Shown here in pieces: positions 25,350 to 40,340 of a stretch of 64,000 nucleotides of DNA. The DNA comes from the human T2T-CHM13v2.0 reference genome, Homo sapiens. The notes below the pieces were generated by a model. That model was not told the origin of the DNA. It saw only the letters and a list, made by a program, of their open reading frames with translations, and did no database searches. Location of the stretch: NCBI RefSeq assembly GCF_009914755.1, contig NC_060947.1, one strand, 5' to 3'. Position numbers and translations under genes: made by a program. Positions within the stretch are counted from its first letter, which is position 1. Every line of letters starts with the position of its first letter.

Positions 25350-25870
25350 TTAGGCTTTGACTTGAGTGTGATGTATCCAGGAATCAATTCCTGTAACTTT
25401 TACTGCTGAAGGGGTTGAAAGAACAACAGTGTGGGGCCCTTCCCAGCCTGACTTAGGGAAGGAGAGAGAGATGAGAGTTTTCACTAATACCAAATATCCT
25501 GGGTTAAATAAAGGTGGCTTTATTTCCTGGGGTTGGGCTTCTGCTAATTGTATCAATGCCTTGAGGCTTCCTTGCCACTGACTTAGCTGCCTGATCAGCT
25601 AATCTATTTCCTTTGGCTACTTTATTTGTTCCTTCTTGACATCCCCTACAATGCATTACTGCTACCTCTCATGGAAAGAAAAAATTGAGGATAATAACCT
25701 GCTGGTTTTCTGGTGACATTTTATAGGAGATCCATTGGTAGTAAGAAAATGTTTTTCCTTCCAGATGGCAGCATGAGCATGGAGAACTAAGAAAGCATAC
25801 GTGCAGTCAGTATAAATGTTAGCTATCTTTCCCTTGCTTAATTCAATTGCTCTTGTAAGAGCTATTAGTT
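25350..25870 (-). pseudogene. ERV1 pol remnant (RNase H and integrase C-terminus)
   Basis: [35 protein letters not shown]; [26 protein letters not shown]. Confidence 0.85.
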
Positions 25871-26348
25871 CAGTGAATTGATTGCTTTTGTCTGGAAAGA
25901 AACATTATTTAGAGTGACTACTGCTTATCCTGCCTTATGGACTTCTTGCTTTACTGGCTGTTAGCTAAGAGCTCCCCCTAGAGGACAGTGATCCTGCCAC
26001 ATTATGTGGAGTGTAAACAGTTAAATAATTTCCTAGGGTTAATTTGGAGGCTTTTCTGACTAAAGCTATTGTGACAATGGCTTGGAAGCATGTGTAAATA
26101 ATAGGTTCTCCTAACTGCAAATAAGAGATTAAGAAAAATATTGGGTTACAAATTTTTCTGAGATGCCCTTATGGTCTTGCTATGGGAAGAGGGGAGGCCT
26201 GGATTAGAGAGGAGAAAAGAGGGAGACTGGCTCTAGTGTTTAGAAGGAGGTCTACTTTCCTTCCTTTAATTACCAGAATCACCCAGGGCTCCTGTGCTAT
26301 AAGGGCAGTTTGAGTCACTGGAGCCAGGGGTTTGAGCCCCAGGACCCA

Positions 26349-27188
26349 TCAGTCCTGCTGGACCATCTGTGAGACTGGTTCTGAACCCAGTGACCTCTGT
26401 CTCTGGGGACAGTTCCATCTCCAGTGGTCTCCACCACAGGCTGGACAGGGTTGAGGTGGCTTTCTCTTGATGCTTGGGGATTCCTTTTTAAAATGCCCTG
26501 ACTTGCCACATTGATAACAACTAGCGGATGCACCTCGGGGATCATGGACTTTGCAAGTCTGCAAAGCTGCTAGTAGAGCCTCTATCCTTCTCCTGATCTT
26601 TCTCTCTTTCTTTTGGGCTTCCTCTTGATCCCTGTTATAAAAGACCAAAATGGCCACTTTCAGAAGGTTCTCTGAGGTGCTATCTGGTCCTATAGCTTCC
26701 TTCTGTAGTTTCCTTCTAATATCGGGAGCTGCCTGGGCAATAAACTTGTCCTTTATAATGACTGAATCAGGAGATAAAGAGGTGTGTTTTATTAGTGCGT
26801 CTCTCAGTCTTTCCATAAAGGCTACAGGATTCTCATCTGGCTTTTGGTTTATCATAGACAGTTTAGAATAATTGAGAGGTCTGGCCTTAGTCCTTTGCAG
26901 ACCTCCTAAAATGCATATTAAAAAGTGCTTCCTTTTCCATTTATCTGCAGAGCTATTGGGGTCCCAATCAGGGTTATCTACCAGAACTGCTTCCCTTTCA
27001 ATTTGGAATGGTGTTTCTGCTTTTTGTCCACTTTCTCTATCTCTTTTCTTCCCTTTTGGTGTATTATAGGAGATATATTGCTCATCTGTGAAATAATATG
27101 CTGCGGGCAGAGCTGCCTGCTTTTCAGCTGCAGTGAGGGTTTGGTTTAGAAGCAGCTTAACATCCCTCTGTATGAGGTCAAATACCAT
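26349..27188 (-). pseudogene. ERV1 gag remnant (CA-NC), 279-codon open frame
   Basis: MHR-like QKPDENPVAFMERLRDAL, AQAAPDIRRKLQK, zinc knuckle CYQCGKSGHFKKES (last Cys lost). Confidence 0.9.
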
Positions 27189-28638
27189 AAGAGGTTAAAT
27201 TCTGGAAAGCTTCTGTATGCCTATCAGGGTCTTTAGAAGATTGGCCTAAGTCTCCCTTTATTTGCCTAAGGTTTTGTAATGAGAAGGGAACTTGAAGGGG
27301 CCCCAAATAAGGGGTGTCCTCAGATGGTTCCCCTGGAAGTTGCTTCTCTAATTTGGGGGAACCATTATCTTTGGACCTGCCTGATATGATTGCTAAAAGA
27401 GCTCGGTTGAACTTACAATGTTTGCAAAGGTTTAGTAAAAATGTCATGCCCTGTGCAAAAGAAAATGAGTTGCTTTTCTTTTCAAAGTCCTGAGGTTAAG
27501 GAAGTTCCAATATTTCAGAGTGCACTCCAGAGGGCTGTAAACTGGAGATAATCTGTTACCAACCCAGAAAGAGAAGTGAGAGAAGGCATCCCTTTAGTTT
27601 CCTTCACTTCCGTATGTGACCCAAGGTGGAAAGGATAACAGTGGAGCATCCTCCTGAATATTTTTCCTTTCTAGTTCCTGGGTCCTGGCACCCTGTTAAA
27701 TGTGCTGCCCATGGTTGTAGTCATGGCCCTCCAAGCCATGGAACTGGATAAACTAAGTGATGGGACTAACCATACTTCACCCACGCAACCTTAGCTTATC
27801 AACCTTGTGTGATTCCCCCTTAACTTCATGAATTGTGGGATCTGCCTAGCTCTCCAAAACATTGATCTTGGGAAAGACTATATAAAAGACAAGCCTCCTT
27901 TAATGGAGGGAATGTGATAGAGTGCCTCCCATTACGGCCCATGCTAAAGCATTTACCCTTAGAAAAATGGTTCCGGTTAACTTCTGGACTGAAAGTCCCA
28001 TTACTAACCTAATGATGATTTTTCTGCTTATGGGACAGTATTGGAACTAAAATTTGACTGTGGAGGATATTTTACTCCTAATAGTTGAAGGCAGAACTTT
28101 CCCACTCACATAAGGGACTTAGAGCTCAATTTCTAGTGATGCAAAAGGAAGCTGCAGTGTTACCACACACACACACACAAATGTGTTTCATGGAGAGGAT
28201 TTCTATTTTCACTATATGGCACTGTTGGCTTAGAAATAGTATGTGCTCACCAGAGAAATGGTATAGAAAGATGCTTATTGAGTTACTCCCTGCCGCATTT
28301 GCCAATTTTTCCTAACAGACCTGTTTCCCTGAACTGCAAACTTCCCACACATTCAATACACAGAGAGGGTAAGAGACCATGGATAGAAAAAGAAAGGAAG
28401 TTTTGTGACAGGATAGCTGGGGATTCTTTACCAAAACCCCGAGTGGGCTGTTGGAGGCTAGGTCTAGTCCATCAGCCTTTGAATAACACCAAGGTGTCCC
28501 CTGGCCAGAAATTCACAGTTGCTTCAGTATTTTTCCCAGCTTCACATGATGGCTAAGTTTTCCTCAAGAAAAAAAGACTGATTTGAAGCAGGACAGATTT
28601 TTAGTTCACTCCTATACTCACCGCTCCCATGAATGAAT

Positions 28639-28656
28639 CTCTCGGCCAATGCACCA
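28639..28656 (-). promoter_or_regulatory. Primer binding site, tRNA-Gly
   Basis: TGGTGCATTGGCCGAGAG, 16/18 complementary to the tRNA-Gly 3' end (..TTCCCGGCCAATGCACCA), 3 nt after the 5' LTR. Confidence 0.85.
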
Positions 28657-29175
28657 AAATGATACTGCTCCAATGATGGGAGAATCACTAGGGTCCTTGG
28701 TCTCACATCAACACTATTAACAACACAGAAACAAATGGAGTCGTTTTAAGGAGTGGAAAAATTAATAGGCAAGAAAGAAGAAAACTGCTTCCCCGTGCTG
28801 TGGGAGGGGGACTCCAAACAGAGAAATCCCGTGTGTGGTGGAAAGCAGTTAATTCTATTGGGAGGCTGGAGGAGGTGATGCCTGATTTGCATAGGGCCCA
28901 GGGGTTTGGTTTGACCAGGTGCTTCATTCATGTAGCCCACGAAGAAACTGGTCCTCCCACCCTAGCCTTTTAATATGCAAATGCACGTCGCTGTGATGTC
29001 CTGCACCCGTGGTGTTATCTGGAGGTAGCCATGACACCTGGCACATGTGGTGACATGGAGAAGAGGGCAAAAACCACCGTATTGGGTGGACCTGGTTTTT
29101 AGCCACTGGCATTTGCATAGCAATGCTTGCTGGCCTTGTTTGTGAAGCCACTTTCTTTTAGAAAGAAAATGGTTT

Positions 29176-29528
<353 letters not shown>

Positions 29529-32454
29529 AAAGGAAATGGTTTGGGGGCACTTGTTTATTAAAGGAAAATTCCACTGAGAACATTAGCCCTTTCTAGCTGC
29601 CTGAAAGTTATTTCTTAATAACTCCTACAATAGCAACACAATAATAGTGGGGGACTTCAGTACTCCACTGACATCACTAGACAGGTCGTCAAGGCAGAAA
29701 GTCAACAAACAAACAATGGACTTAAGCTACATCCTAGTTTAATCGACTTAACAGATATTTACAAAACATTCTACCCCATAATGGCAAATAAACATTCTAT
29801 TTATCAGCACATGAAACATTCTCCAAGATAGACCATATGATAGGCCACAAAACAAGTCTCCACAAATTTAAGAAAACTGAAATTATATCAAGTACTCTTT
29901 TAGACCATAATGGAAGAAAATTGGAAATCAGCTCTAAAAGGAACCCTCAAAACCATGAAAATTAAATAACCTGATTTTGAATGAATATTTGGTCAACAAT
30001 ATAATCAAGATGAAAATTTAAAATTCTTTGAACTTAATGATAATAGTGACACAACCTATTAAAACCTCTAGGGTACAGCAAAAGCAGATAAGAAGAGAAT
30101 TTATAGCACTCAATGCTTACAATCAAAAAGTCTGAAAGAGCACAAATAGACACTCTAAGGTCACACTTCAAGGAATTAGAGAAACAAGGACAAACCAAAC
30201 CCAAATCTGGCAGAAGAAAATCAATAATCAAGATCAGAGGAGAACTAAATGAAATTGAAACAAAAAACCTACAAAAGATAAATAAAAGAAAAAGCTGGTT
30301 CTTTGAAAAGATAAATGATGGAACATTAGCAAGATTAACCAAGAAAAGAAGAGACAAGATCCAAATAAGATCAATTACACATAAAATCAGAGATATTACA
30401 ACTGATACCAAAGTAATACAAAAGATCTTTCAAGGCTCCTATGAATACCTTTATGTGTATGAACTGGAAAACCTACAGGAGATGGATAAGTTCCTGGAAA
30501 CATAGAGCCCTCCTAGATTAAAGCAGAAAGAAATAGAAACCCTCAACAGACCAATAATAGGCAGTGAGATTGAAGTAGTAATTAAAAAGTTACGAACACA
30601 AAAAAGTTCAGTACCAAACATATTCACAGCTGAATTCTGTCAGACATTCAAAGAATAATTGGTAACAATCATATTGACACTATTGCATAAGATAGAGAAA
30701 AAGGAAATCCTCCCTAAATAATTCTAGGAAGTCAGTATCACCCTAATACAAAAACAAGGAAATGACATAATAAAAAAAGGAAACTGCAGATCAATATCCC
30801 TGATAGATGCAAAAATTGTCAACAAAATACTAGCTAACTGAATCCAGCAGCATATCAAGAAGATAATCCACCATGATCAAGTGGGTTTCATACCAGGAAT
30901 GCAGGGATGGTTTAAAATATGCAAGTCAATAAATGTGATATACCACATAAACAGAATTAAAAATGAAAATCACATGATCAGAAAAAGCCTATGACAAAAT
31001 AAAGCATCCCTTTATGATTAAACCCCTTCACAAAATCGGCATAGAAGGGACATACCTTAAGGTAATAAAAGCCATTTATGACAAACCCGTAGTCAACATG
31101 ATACTGAATAGGGAAAAGTTGAAAGCATTTCCAATGAGAACTGGAACAAGACAAGGATGCCCACTCTCACCACTTCTATTAAAGACAGTACTGGATGTCC
31201 TAGCCACAGCAATCATACAAGAGAAAGAAATAAAGAACATCCAAATTTGTAAAGAGGAAGTCAAATTGTCACTGTTTGTGGATTACATAATTATATACCT
31301 AGAAAACCTTGAAGACTCATGCAAAAAGCTCCTAGAACTGGTAAATGAATTCAGCAGTTTCAATCAATGGCCACAAATCAGTAGTTCTGCTATACACCAA
31401 CAGCAACAAAGCTGAGAATAAAATAAGAACTTTTACAATAGCTGCAAAAAAGAAAGAAATACTTAGAAATATACCTAACCAAGGAGGTGAAAGACTTCTA
31501 TGAAAACAACAACAAAACACTGTTGAAAGAAATCATAGATGACACAAACAAATGGAAACACATGGTTAGGTAGAATCAATATTGTAAAAATAATCATTTT
31601 GCCAAAAGCAATCTACAAATTCAATGCAATTCCCATAAAAATACCACCATCATTCTTCACAGAACTAGAAAAAACAATCCTAAAATTTATATGGAACAAA
31701 AAAAAGAGCTTGCACAGCCAAAGCAAGACTTAGCAAAAAGAACAAATCTGGAGGAATCACATTACCCAACTTCAAACTGTACAATAAGGCCATGTTCACC
31801 AAGATAGGGTGGTACTCGTTTAGAAATAGGCACATAGACCAATGGAACAAAATAAAGAACCCAGAAATAAAGCCAAATACTTAGTCAACTGATTTTCAAC
31901 AAGTGGAAAAATTAAAAAACAACAACAACAACAACAATATAAAGTGGGGAAACGACACCCTATTCTACAAATGGTGCTGGGATAATTGGCAAGACCCATG
32001 TAGAGGAATGAATCTGAAACCTCATCTTTCACCTTATATAAAAATCAACTTAAGATGGATCAAAGACTTAAATCTAAGACCTGAAACCATACAAATTATA
32101 GAAGATAGTATTGGAAAAACCCTTCTAGACATTGGCTTAGGTAAAGACGTAATGACCAAGACCCTAAAAGCAAATGCAACAAAAACAATGATAAATAGAT
32201 GAGACTTAATTAAACTCAAAAGCTTCTAACAGCAGAAGAAATAATCAGCAAACAGACAACCCACTAAGTGGAAGAAAATGTTTACAGGATACACTTTTGA
32301 CAAAGAACTAATATCCAAAATCTACAATGAACTCAAACAAATCAGCAAGAAATGTCCCATCAAAAAATGGGCTAAGAACATGAATAGACAATTCTCAAAA
32401 GAAAATACACAAATGACCAAAAAACAATAAAAATGCTCAACATCACTAATGATC

Positions 32455-34126
32455 AATTAACTAGAGCTCTTTTATATATTTTTTGTAGTGAAACATTTTG
32501 TATTCAGCATGTAAATACATATAAAGTTGTATTAGGCATGCTGATGAAAGTACATTTTACAGATTTATAAAGACTCCCTCCCTTTTTTTTTTTTTATCTT
32601 AGACTGTCAGATTCATGACAATGGGTTTCACAACCCTAGGCAGTTGTCAGCTAAGTAGCCTTAAATTTGCACATTAAAGGAAACAACTCAGGTGAAAATC
32701 AAATAGCAAAATTTACATCATAAGGTACAGAAAAAAAGTCTGGTGGTGCTAGAGGGAGAGGTTTTTACAGTGCACTTATTAAAAAAAACTGACATTTCTG
32801 AGTGTCTAAAATACATTATTCCTTAAAAACCCAAGAGTAGCCTCTGTTGCAATAACATTTTAGTCAAAAAATTAGGTGAAAACAGAATTCAGTCAACTGA
32901 GAAGAAAAAAAGAAAAACCTTTGCTCCAAAAGAAGGCATGGTCTTAGGAGAGAAAAACAAACAAACAAAAACTGTGAAGGCCTTTTACATACAAACATGC
33001 ACCCGTGTATACATACACACAAGCATCTTGGATGTTAGCCTTTTAATTAAGCTGACTTTTAACTACTCAGCTCCTTTAACAACAACAAAATCTTTTTAAA
33101 TCTCATTACCTTATTTCAGCTAGGACAAAATGCTGTTAAACTAATAATGACCACACAAATTATACAATTTCTGAGTGCTCTAAGGGTAAGGAGAAATTAA
33201 CACCAGCTGGTTGTTAACGCTAACTTTAGCTATTTAAAAACAATTTGCAAGACAGAATCCCAAACCAGTTCCTTACCTAGTGATGGGTCTCAGGCTGTAG
33301 ATTGCTCTCTATTATCCTAGAAGCAGAAAAACAACAACAACAAAAAGAAAAAAAAAAAAAACTCATCTTCCCTGTTGGAAGCAAGCTCAAACTCCAGGAA
33401 AGAGTCACCTGCCTTCCATTGTCATGGAAGCAGAAAAACTTGCCTTCCTTTTGGAAGCAAATAAAACTCCAAAAAAAAAAAAAAAAAAAAAGGGGGGGGG
33501 AGTTGTACAGCAAAATAAACTTTAAATATCGACCAAATTTTGGGAGATCAAGGATTCTCTGGAGGGGGTGCTCTCAGACCTCAGCAAACTGTCCTATTGG
33601 TTTGAGCCATAAAATTAGCTTGTGCTGGTACCAAGCACCGATAGGAGATTTGTCAAAGGTGAGGGGCATCTCTACTCAGAACCCCCTCCGTGGTTACCAA
33701 AATGTGAACCCCCAAAATTTGAGATAGGTCTCTGTTAATTTGGTAAGTTTATTTTGCCAAGGTTGAGGATGCACCCCTGACACAGCCTCAGGAAGTCCTG
33801 AGGACATGTGCCCAAGGTGGTTGGAGGACAGCTTGGCTTTACACATATTAGAGAGACATGAGACATCAATCAATGCGTAAGAAGTACATCCAGAAAGGCA
33901 GAGACAGCTCAAAGCAGGGCCCCCCTCACTGGAGCTTCCAGGTCACAGGTGGGTGAGAGACAGATGGTTGCATTCTTTTGAGTTTCTGATAAGTCTTTCC
34001 AAAAGAGGCAATCAGAATATGCATCTCTCTCTGTGAACAAACGGGATGACTTGAATAGAATAGGAGGCAGATTTGCCCTGAGTGGTTCCCGGCTTGAACG
34101 GGCCCAAGATATTTTTTTTTTTCACA
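32455..34126 (-). mobile_element. MER4A-type 5' LTR (34126-33703) plus ~1.25 kb of MER4-group internal leader, 3'-truncated
   Basis: LTR TGTGAAAA..ATCTTGGGCCC ... GGGTTCACA; PBS TGGTAACCACGGAGGGGG (33699-33682) resembling tRNA-Arg. Confidence 0.82.
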
Positions 34127-34419
34127 GAGTGGATGTGGTGAAAAGGAAACACTTTTACATTGCTGGTGATAAGATGACCTAGCACAACCACTAGAATAAA
34201 CAGTGTGGAGATTCCTTAAAGAACTAAAATTACATCTACCATTTGATTCAGCAATCTCACTCCTGGGTATCTACCAAGAGAAAAATAATTCATTATATGA
34301 AAAATATGCTTTCACATGCATATTTATAGCATTGTTTATAGCAACACAATTCACAATTGCAAAAATATGGAGCCACCCCAAATGCCCATCAATCAATGAG
34401 TGCATAAAGATAATGTTGT

Positions 34420-36635
34420 AAACTTACAATGATGGAAGAAGAGGAGGCAAACACATCCTTCTTCACATAGCAGCAGCAAAGAGAAGTGCCAAGCAAAAGG
34501 GGAAAAACCTATTATAAAATTATCAGATCTTGTGAAAACTCACTATCATGAGAACAGCATGAGGGTTACTGCCCCAATGATTCAATTACCTCCCACCGGG
34601 TCCTTACTATGACACATGGATTATGGGAATTACAATACAAGATGAAATTTGAGTGGGAAAAGAGCAAAACCTTAGTATTCTGCCCCTGGCCCCTCCCGAA
34701 TCTCATGTCCTCACATTTCAAGACACAATCATGCCTTTCCAACAGTCCCCCAAAGTCTTAGCTCATTCCATCATTAATCCAAAAGTCCAAGTCCAAAGTC
34801 TCACCTGAGTAAAGGCAAGTCCCTTCCAGCTATGAGCCTGTAAAATCAATAGCAAGTAAATAACTTCCTCGATACAATGGAGGTACAGGGATTGGGTAAA
34901 TACACCCATTCCAAATGGGAGAAATTGGCCAAAACGAAGGGACTACAGGCCCAATGCAAGTCTGAAATCCAGAAGGGCAGTCATTAAACCTTAAAGTTCT
35001 AAAATGATCTCCTTTGACTGCATTTCTCACATCCAGGTCACATTCATGCAAGAGGTGGGTTCCCATGGCCTTGGGCAGCTTCTTCTCTGTGGCTTTCCAG
35101 GATACAGCCCAGTTCTCAGCTGCTTTAATGGGCTGGAATTGAGTGCCTGCAGCTTTTCCAGGCACTCGGTGCAAGCTGTCAGTGGATCTACCATTCTGGT
35201 GGCTCTCTTCTCACAGCTCCATGTACCTCATGTACCTCTAGGCATTGTCCCAGTGGGGACGATATGTGGGGGCTTCAGCTCCACATTTTCATTCCCCACT
35301 GCACTGCAAGACTTTCTCCATGAGGGCTCTGCCCCTGCAGCAAACTTCTGCCTAGATATCCAGACATTTTTAATATATCCTCTAAGGTCCCCAAGCCTCA
35401 GTTTTTGACTTCTGTGCACCCACAAGGTCAATACCATGTGAAGGCTGCCAAGACTTGAGGCTTGCACCCTGTTAAGCAATGGCCCAAGCTGTACCTTGGC
35501 CCCTTTTAGCCACAGCTGGAGATGAACCAGCTGGATGCAGGGCACCATGTCTCAAGGCTGCATAGAACAGGGGGTCCCTGGACCTCCTCAGGAAACCATT
35601 TTTTTCTTCTAGGTCTCCAGGCCTGTGATGGGAGGGGCTGCTATGAAGGTTTCTCACATGCCCTGGAGACATTTTCCCCATTATCTTGGTGATTAATTTT
35701 TGGCCTCCCATTACTTATGCAAATTTATGCAACCTGCTTGAATTTCTCCATAGAAAATGGGTTTTTCTTTTCTATTGCATCATCAGGCTTCACATTTTTC
35801 AATCCTTTATGCTATGCTTCCTCTTGAATGTTCTTCCTCTTAGAAATTTCTTCCACCAGATACCCTAAATTATCTCTCTTAAGTTCAAAGTTCCACAGAT
35901 CTCTAGGGCAGGAGCAAAATGCCACCAGTCTCTCTGCTAAAGCACAGCAAGAGTGACCTTTGTTCCAGTTCCCAAAAAGTTCCTAATCTCCATTTGAGGC
36001 CACCTCAGATATGTTATTGTCCATATCACTATCAGTGTTTTGGTCGTAGCCATTCAACAAGTCTCTATAATTTTTTTTAAACTTTCTCACATCTTCCTGT
36101 CTTCTGAGCCCTCCAAGTCTCTAGGAAGTTTCAAATTTTTCCACATTTTTCTGTCATCGTCTTAGCCCTCCAAACTGTTCCAACCTCTGCCTGTTACTCA
36201 CTTCCAAATTTGCTTCCACATTTATGTGTATCCTTATAGCATCACTCCACTACTAGTATCAATTTACTGTGGTTTTCTGTTCTCACATTGCTAATAAAGA
36301 CATATCTGAGACTGGGTAATTTATAAAGGAAAAAGGTTTAATTGACTCACAGTTCAGGATGGCTGGTGTTGTCCCAGGTAAACTACAATCATGGCAGAAG
36401 GGAAAGCAAACACATCCCTCCACGTGGCGGCAGCAAGGAGAAGTGCCAAGAAAAGGGGGAAAACCCCTTATAAAGCCATTAGATATTTTGAGAACTCACT
36501 ATCACCAGAACAGTATGAGGATAACTGTTCCCATGATTCAATTACCTCCCGCAGGGACCCTCTCATGACACATGCAGATTATGGGAACTACAATTTAAGA
36601 TGAGATTTCTGTGGGGACACAGACAAACCGTATCA
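34420..36635 (-). mobile_element. THE1C/D-like MaLR element: 5' LTR 36635-36268, internal 36267-34678, truncated 3' LTR 34677-34420
   Basis: Two THE1 LTR copies (..ATTCAATTACCTCCC..GATGA(G/A)ATTT..) flanking a typical ~1.6-kb THE1-int. Confidence 0.9.
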
Positions 36636-36944
36636 ATGGAATACTACACAGCCATAAAAAGGAACAGAGTAATGGCATTTGCAGTAACCTGGATGGAATT
36701 TGAGACCATTATTCTAAGTTAAGTAACTCAGGAATGGAAAAAAAAAGCATCATATGTTCTCACTTATAAGGGGGAGCTAAGCTGTGAAGATGCAAGGCAT
36801 GAGAATGCTACAATGGGCATTTGGGACATGGGGGAAAGGGTGGGAGGGAGTGAGGGATAAAATTCTATATATATAGGTACAGTTTACACTGCTAGGATGA
36901 CGGGTGCACCAAAATCTCAGAAATCACCAGTAAAGAACTTATTC

Positions 36945-37065
36945 ATGTAAATATAGACATATAAATATATATATGTACATGTAAATATATATATGTACAT
37001 GTAAATATATATGTACATGTAAATATATATGTACATGTAAATATATATATATGAAATATAATATA
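36945..37065. repeat. AT-rich minisatellite (ATATATGTACATGTAA-like unit, ~4 copies) replacing the L1PB tail
   Basis: Direct reading; produces the IFTCTY repeat in ORF 36943-37140. Confidence 0.88.
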
Positions 37066-40000
37066 CAATAGAACTCGAATACACCAGGCAGTAGGTTTTA
37101 CAATGGAAACCTTACAGGCCGGGAGAGAGTTGCATAACATATTTCAACTTCTAAGGGAAATAAGCCTTTAACCTAGAATATCTGGTAAAAATATTTTTCA
37201 AACATGAAGTAGAAATACATACTTTTCCCAACAAAAGCCAAAGCGTTTTATTAACACCACATCTGTTCTACAAGAAATACTAAAGGGAATACTTCAGTCA
37301 GAAGTACAGAATGTCAATGAGTAATAAGAAATCATCTGAAGGTAGAAAACTTGCTAGTAATAGTAAGTATAGAGAATATTAAAACACTATAACTGAGGTG
37401 TGTAAACTATTCATAGGTAGAAAGACTAAACCATAAACCAATCAAAAATCATTTTTAAAATTTTTCAAGACATAAAGAATATAATAAGAAATAAATAGTA
37501 ATAACAAAAAGATAAAAAATAGGGGGACAAACTTAAGGTGTAGAGTCTTTAGAACTTTTCTCTTTGCTTGTTTGTTTCTGCAAACAGTGTTAAGTTGTTA
37601 TCAGGTTAAAATAGTGGGTTATAAGATAGTATTTGCAGGACTCATGGTAAGCTGAAACAAAAATCATACAAACAAATACACAAAAATTAAAAAGGAGGAA
37701 ACTAAATCAGATCACCATATAAAATTACCTTTGATAAAAGGAAGAGAGAAATAAATGAAAGAAGGAAGAGAACAACAACAACAAAGACAACCGGGAAACA
37801 AATAACCAAATGGCCGAGTAAGCTTTTACATATCAATAATAATATTGAATGTAAATGGGCTAAAGTCTCCAATCAAAAGACATAGAGTGGCTAAAAGGAT
37901 ATAAAAACAAGACCTAATAATCTATTGCCTATAGTAAACACACTTCACATGCAAAGAAACATATAGACTGAAAACAAAAGACAAAGGGAACAAAAAACAT
38001 ATGCCATGTCAATGGAAACCAAAACAAAATAAATAAATAACAAGAGTAGCCATGTGTATATCAGACAAAATAGCTTTCAATACAAAAACTATAAAGGAAA
38101 CAATGAAGGTCACTGTATAATGATAAAGTGGTCAATTCAGCAAGAGGATACAATAATTTTAAATATATATGCACCCAGCATTGGAAAACCCAGATATATA
38201 AAACAAATATTACTAGATCTAAAGAGAGAGATAGACTCTCTCTCTAGAGACTTCCATACCCTACTTTCAGCATTGTACAGATCTTCCAGAAATAAAATCA
38301 ACACAAAAACATTGAACTTAATCTGCACTGTCGACCAATTGGAGCTAATAGGTATTTACAGCGCATTTCATTCAATGGCTATAGAACACACATTCTTTTC
38401 CTCACCACATGGAACATTGTCTAGATAAGATCATATGTTAGGTCAGAAAACAAGTCTTAAATATTCAAAACATTGAACTAACATAAAGCATCTTCTCTGA
38501 CCACAATGGAATACAACCATAAATCAACAACAAGTGGAATTTTGAAAACTATACAAACACATGTAAATTAAACAATATGCTCCTGAATGACCAATGATCA
38601 ATAAAGAAATTAAAAAGGAAATTGAAAATTTTCTTGAAACAAATGATAATGGAAACAAAACATACTAAAACTTTGGGGATACAGCAAAAGCAGTACTAAG
38701 AGGGAAGTTTACGGCTTTTAAGTGCTTACATCAAAAAAGAGAAAAAAACTTCAAATAAACAACCTAACTATGCATTTTAAAGAACTAGAAAAGCAAGAGC
38801 CAATCAATACCAAAATTAGTAGAAGAAAGGAAATAATAAAGATGAGAGCAAAAATAAATAAAATTAAAATGAAGAATACAATACAAAAGTTCAATGAAAC
38901 AAAATGTTTTTTGAAATGTTAAACAATATTGGCAAAGCTTTAGCCAGACTAAGAAAATAGAGAACAAATCCAAATGAATAAAATCAAAAATGAAAAAAGA
39001 GACATTACAATGATACTCTAAAAATTAATAGGGTTATTGATGGCTACTATGAGCAACTACATGCCAATTAAGTTGGTAAATGTAGAAGAAATGGGCAAAT
39101 TCCCAAACACATTCAACCTACCAGGATTGATCCATGAAGAAATTCAAAACTTGAACAGACCAATAATAAGTAATGATATTGAAGCCGTAATAAAAAGCCT
39201 TCCAGGAAAAAAGAAAAATCCTGGGGCCCTATGGCTCTACTGTTGTATTCTACCAAACATTTAAAAAAAGAACTAATACCATCCCCACTCAAACTATTCC
39301 AGAGACTAAAGGAGAGAATACTTCCAAACTCACCACATTAGGCCTGTATTACCCTAATACTAAAACCAGAAAAAAGACACATCACAAAAATAAAACTACA
39401 GGCCAATATCTATGATGAATATGGATGCACAAATTGTCAATAAAATACTAGAAAACTTAGTTCAATGATATATTAGAAAACAATACTTATCATGACAAAG
39501 TGGGATGTATCCCTGAGATGCAAGGAGGGTTCAACATATGCAAATAATCAATGTGATACATAATAACTAGAGAATTAAGGACAAAAACTGTATGATAATT
39601 TCAATTAATGCTGAACAAACATTTAATAGAATTCAGCTTCCGCTCATGGTAAAAACCTTTAAAACTGGGTATAGAAAGAATATGCCTGAATATAATAAAA
39701 GCCATGTATAACAAACCCACAGCTAGTATCATATCCGATGAGGAAAAACAGAAAGGCACTTCTTTAAGATCTGAAACATGAGGATAATGCCCACTTTCAC
39801 CACTGTTATTCAACATAGTACTGGAAGTTTTAGCTAGAGCAATCAGACAAGAGAAAAAAAATAAAGGATGACCAAACTCAAAAGGGAGAAATCAAATTGT
39901 GCTTGTTTGAAGATGATATAATCTGCAAATTTAAATTTGAAAAAACATAAAGGCTTCACAAAAATATTATTAGAACTAATAAATTCAGTAAATCACAAGA

Positions 40001-40340
40001 TATAAAAGCAACATACAAAAATCAGTAGCATTTCTATAGGCCAACATTAAGCAATCAGAAAAAGAAAACAAAAAAGAAATCACATTTACAATAGTCAAAA
40101 TAAAACTAAATACATAGAAATTAACTTAACCAAAGAAGAGAAAGATTTTATAATGAAAACTCTAAAACACAGATTAAAAAATTGAAGAGAACACCAAAAG
40201 ATAAAAAATGATTCCATGTTTATGGGATAGAAGAATCAATATTTTTAAAATGGCCATATTACCCAAAGCAAAATAAAGATTCAATGCAATCTCTTTCAAA
40301 TTTCAATGACATTCTTCACAGAAATAGAAAAAACAATCCT

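Noticed and set aside
30113-32202. Several 99-133 aa ORFs with RT-like motifs
   Set aside because: Fragments of L1PB ORF2 broken by stops and frameshifts; not a functional gene or an active L1.
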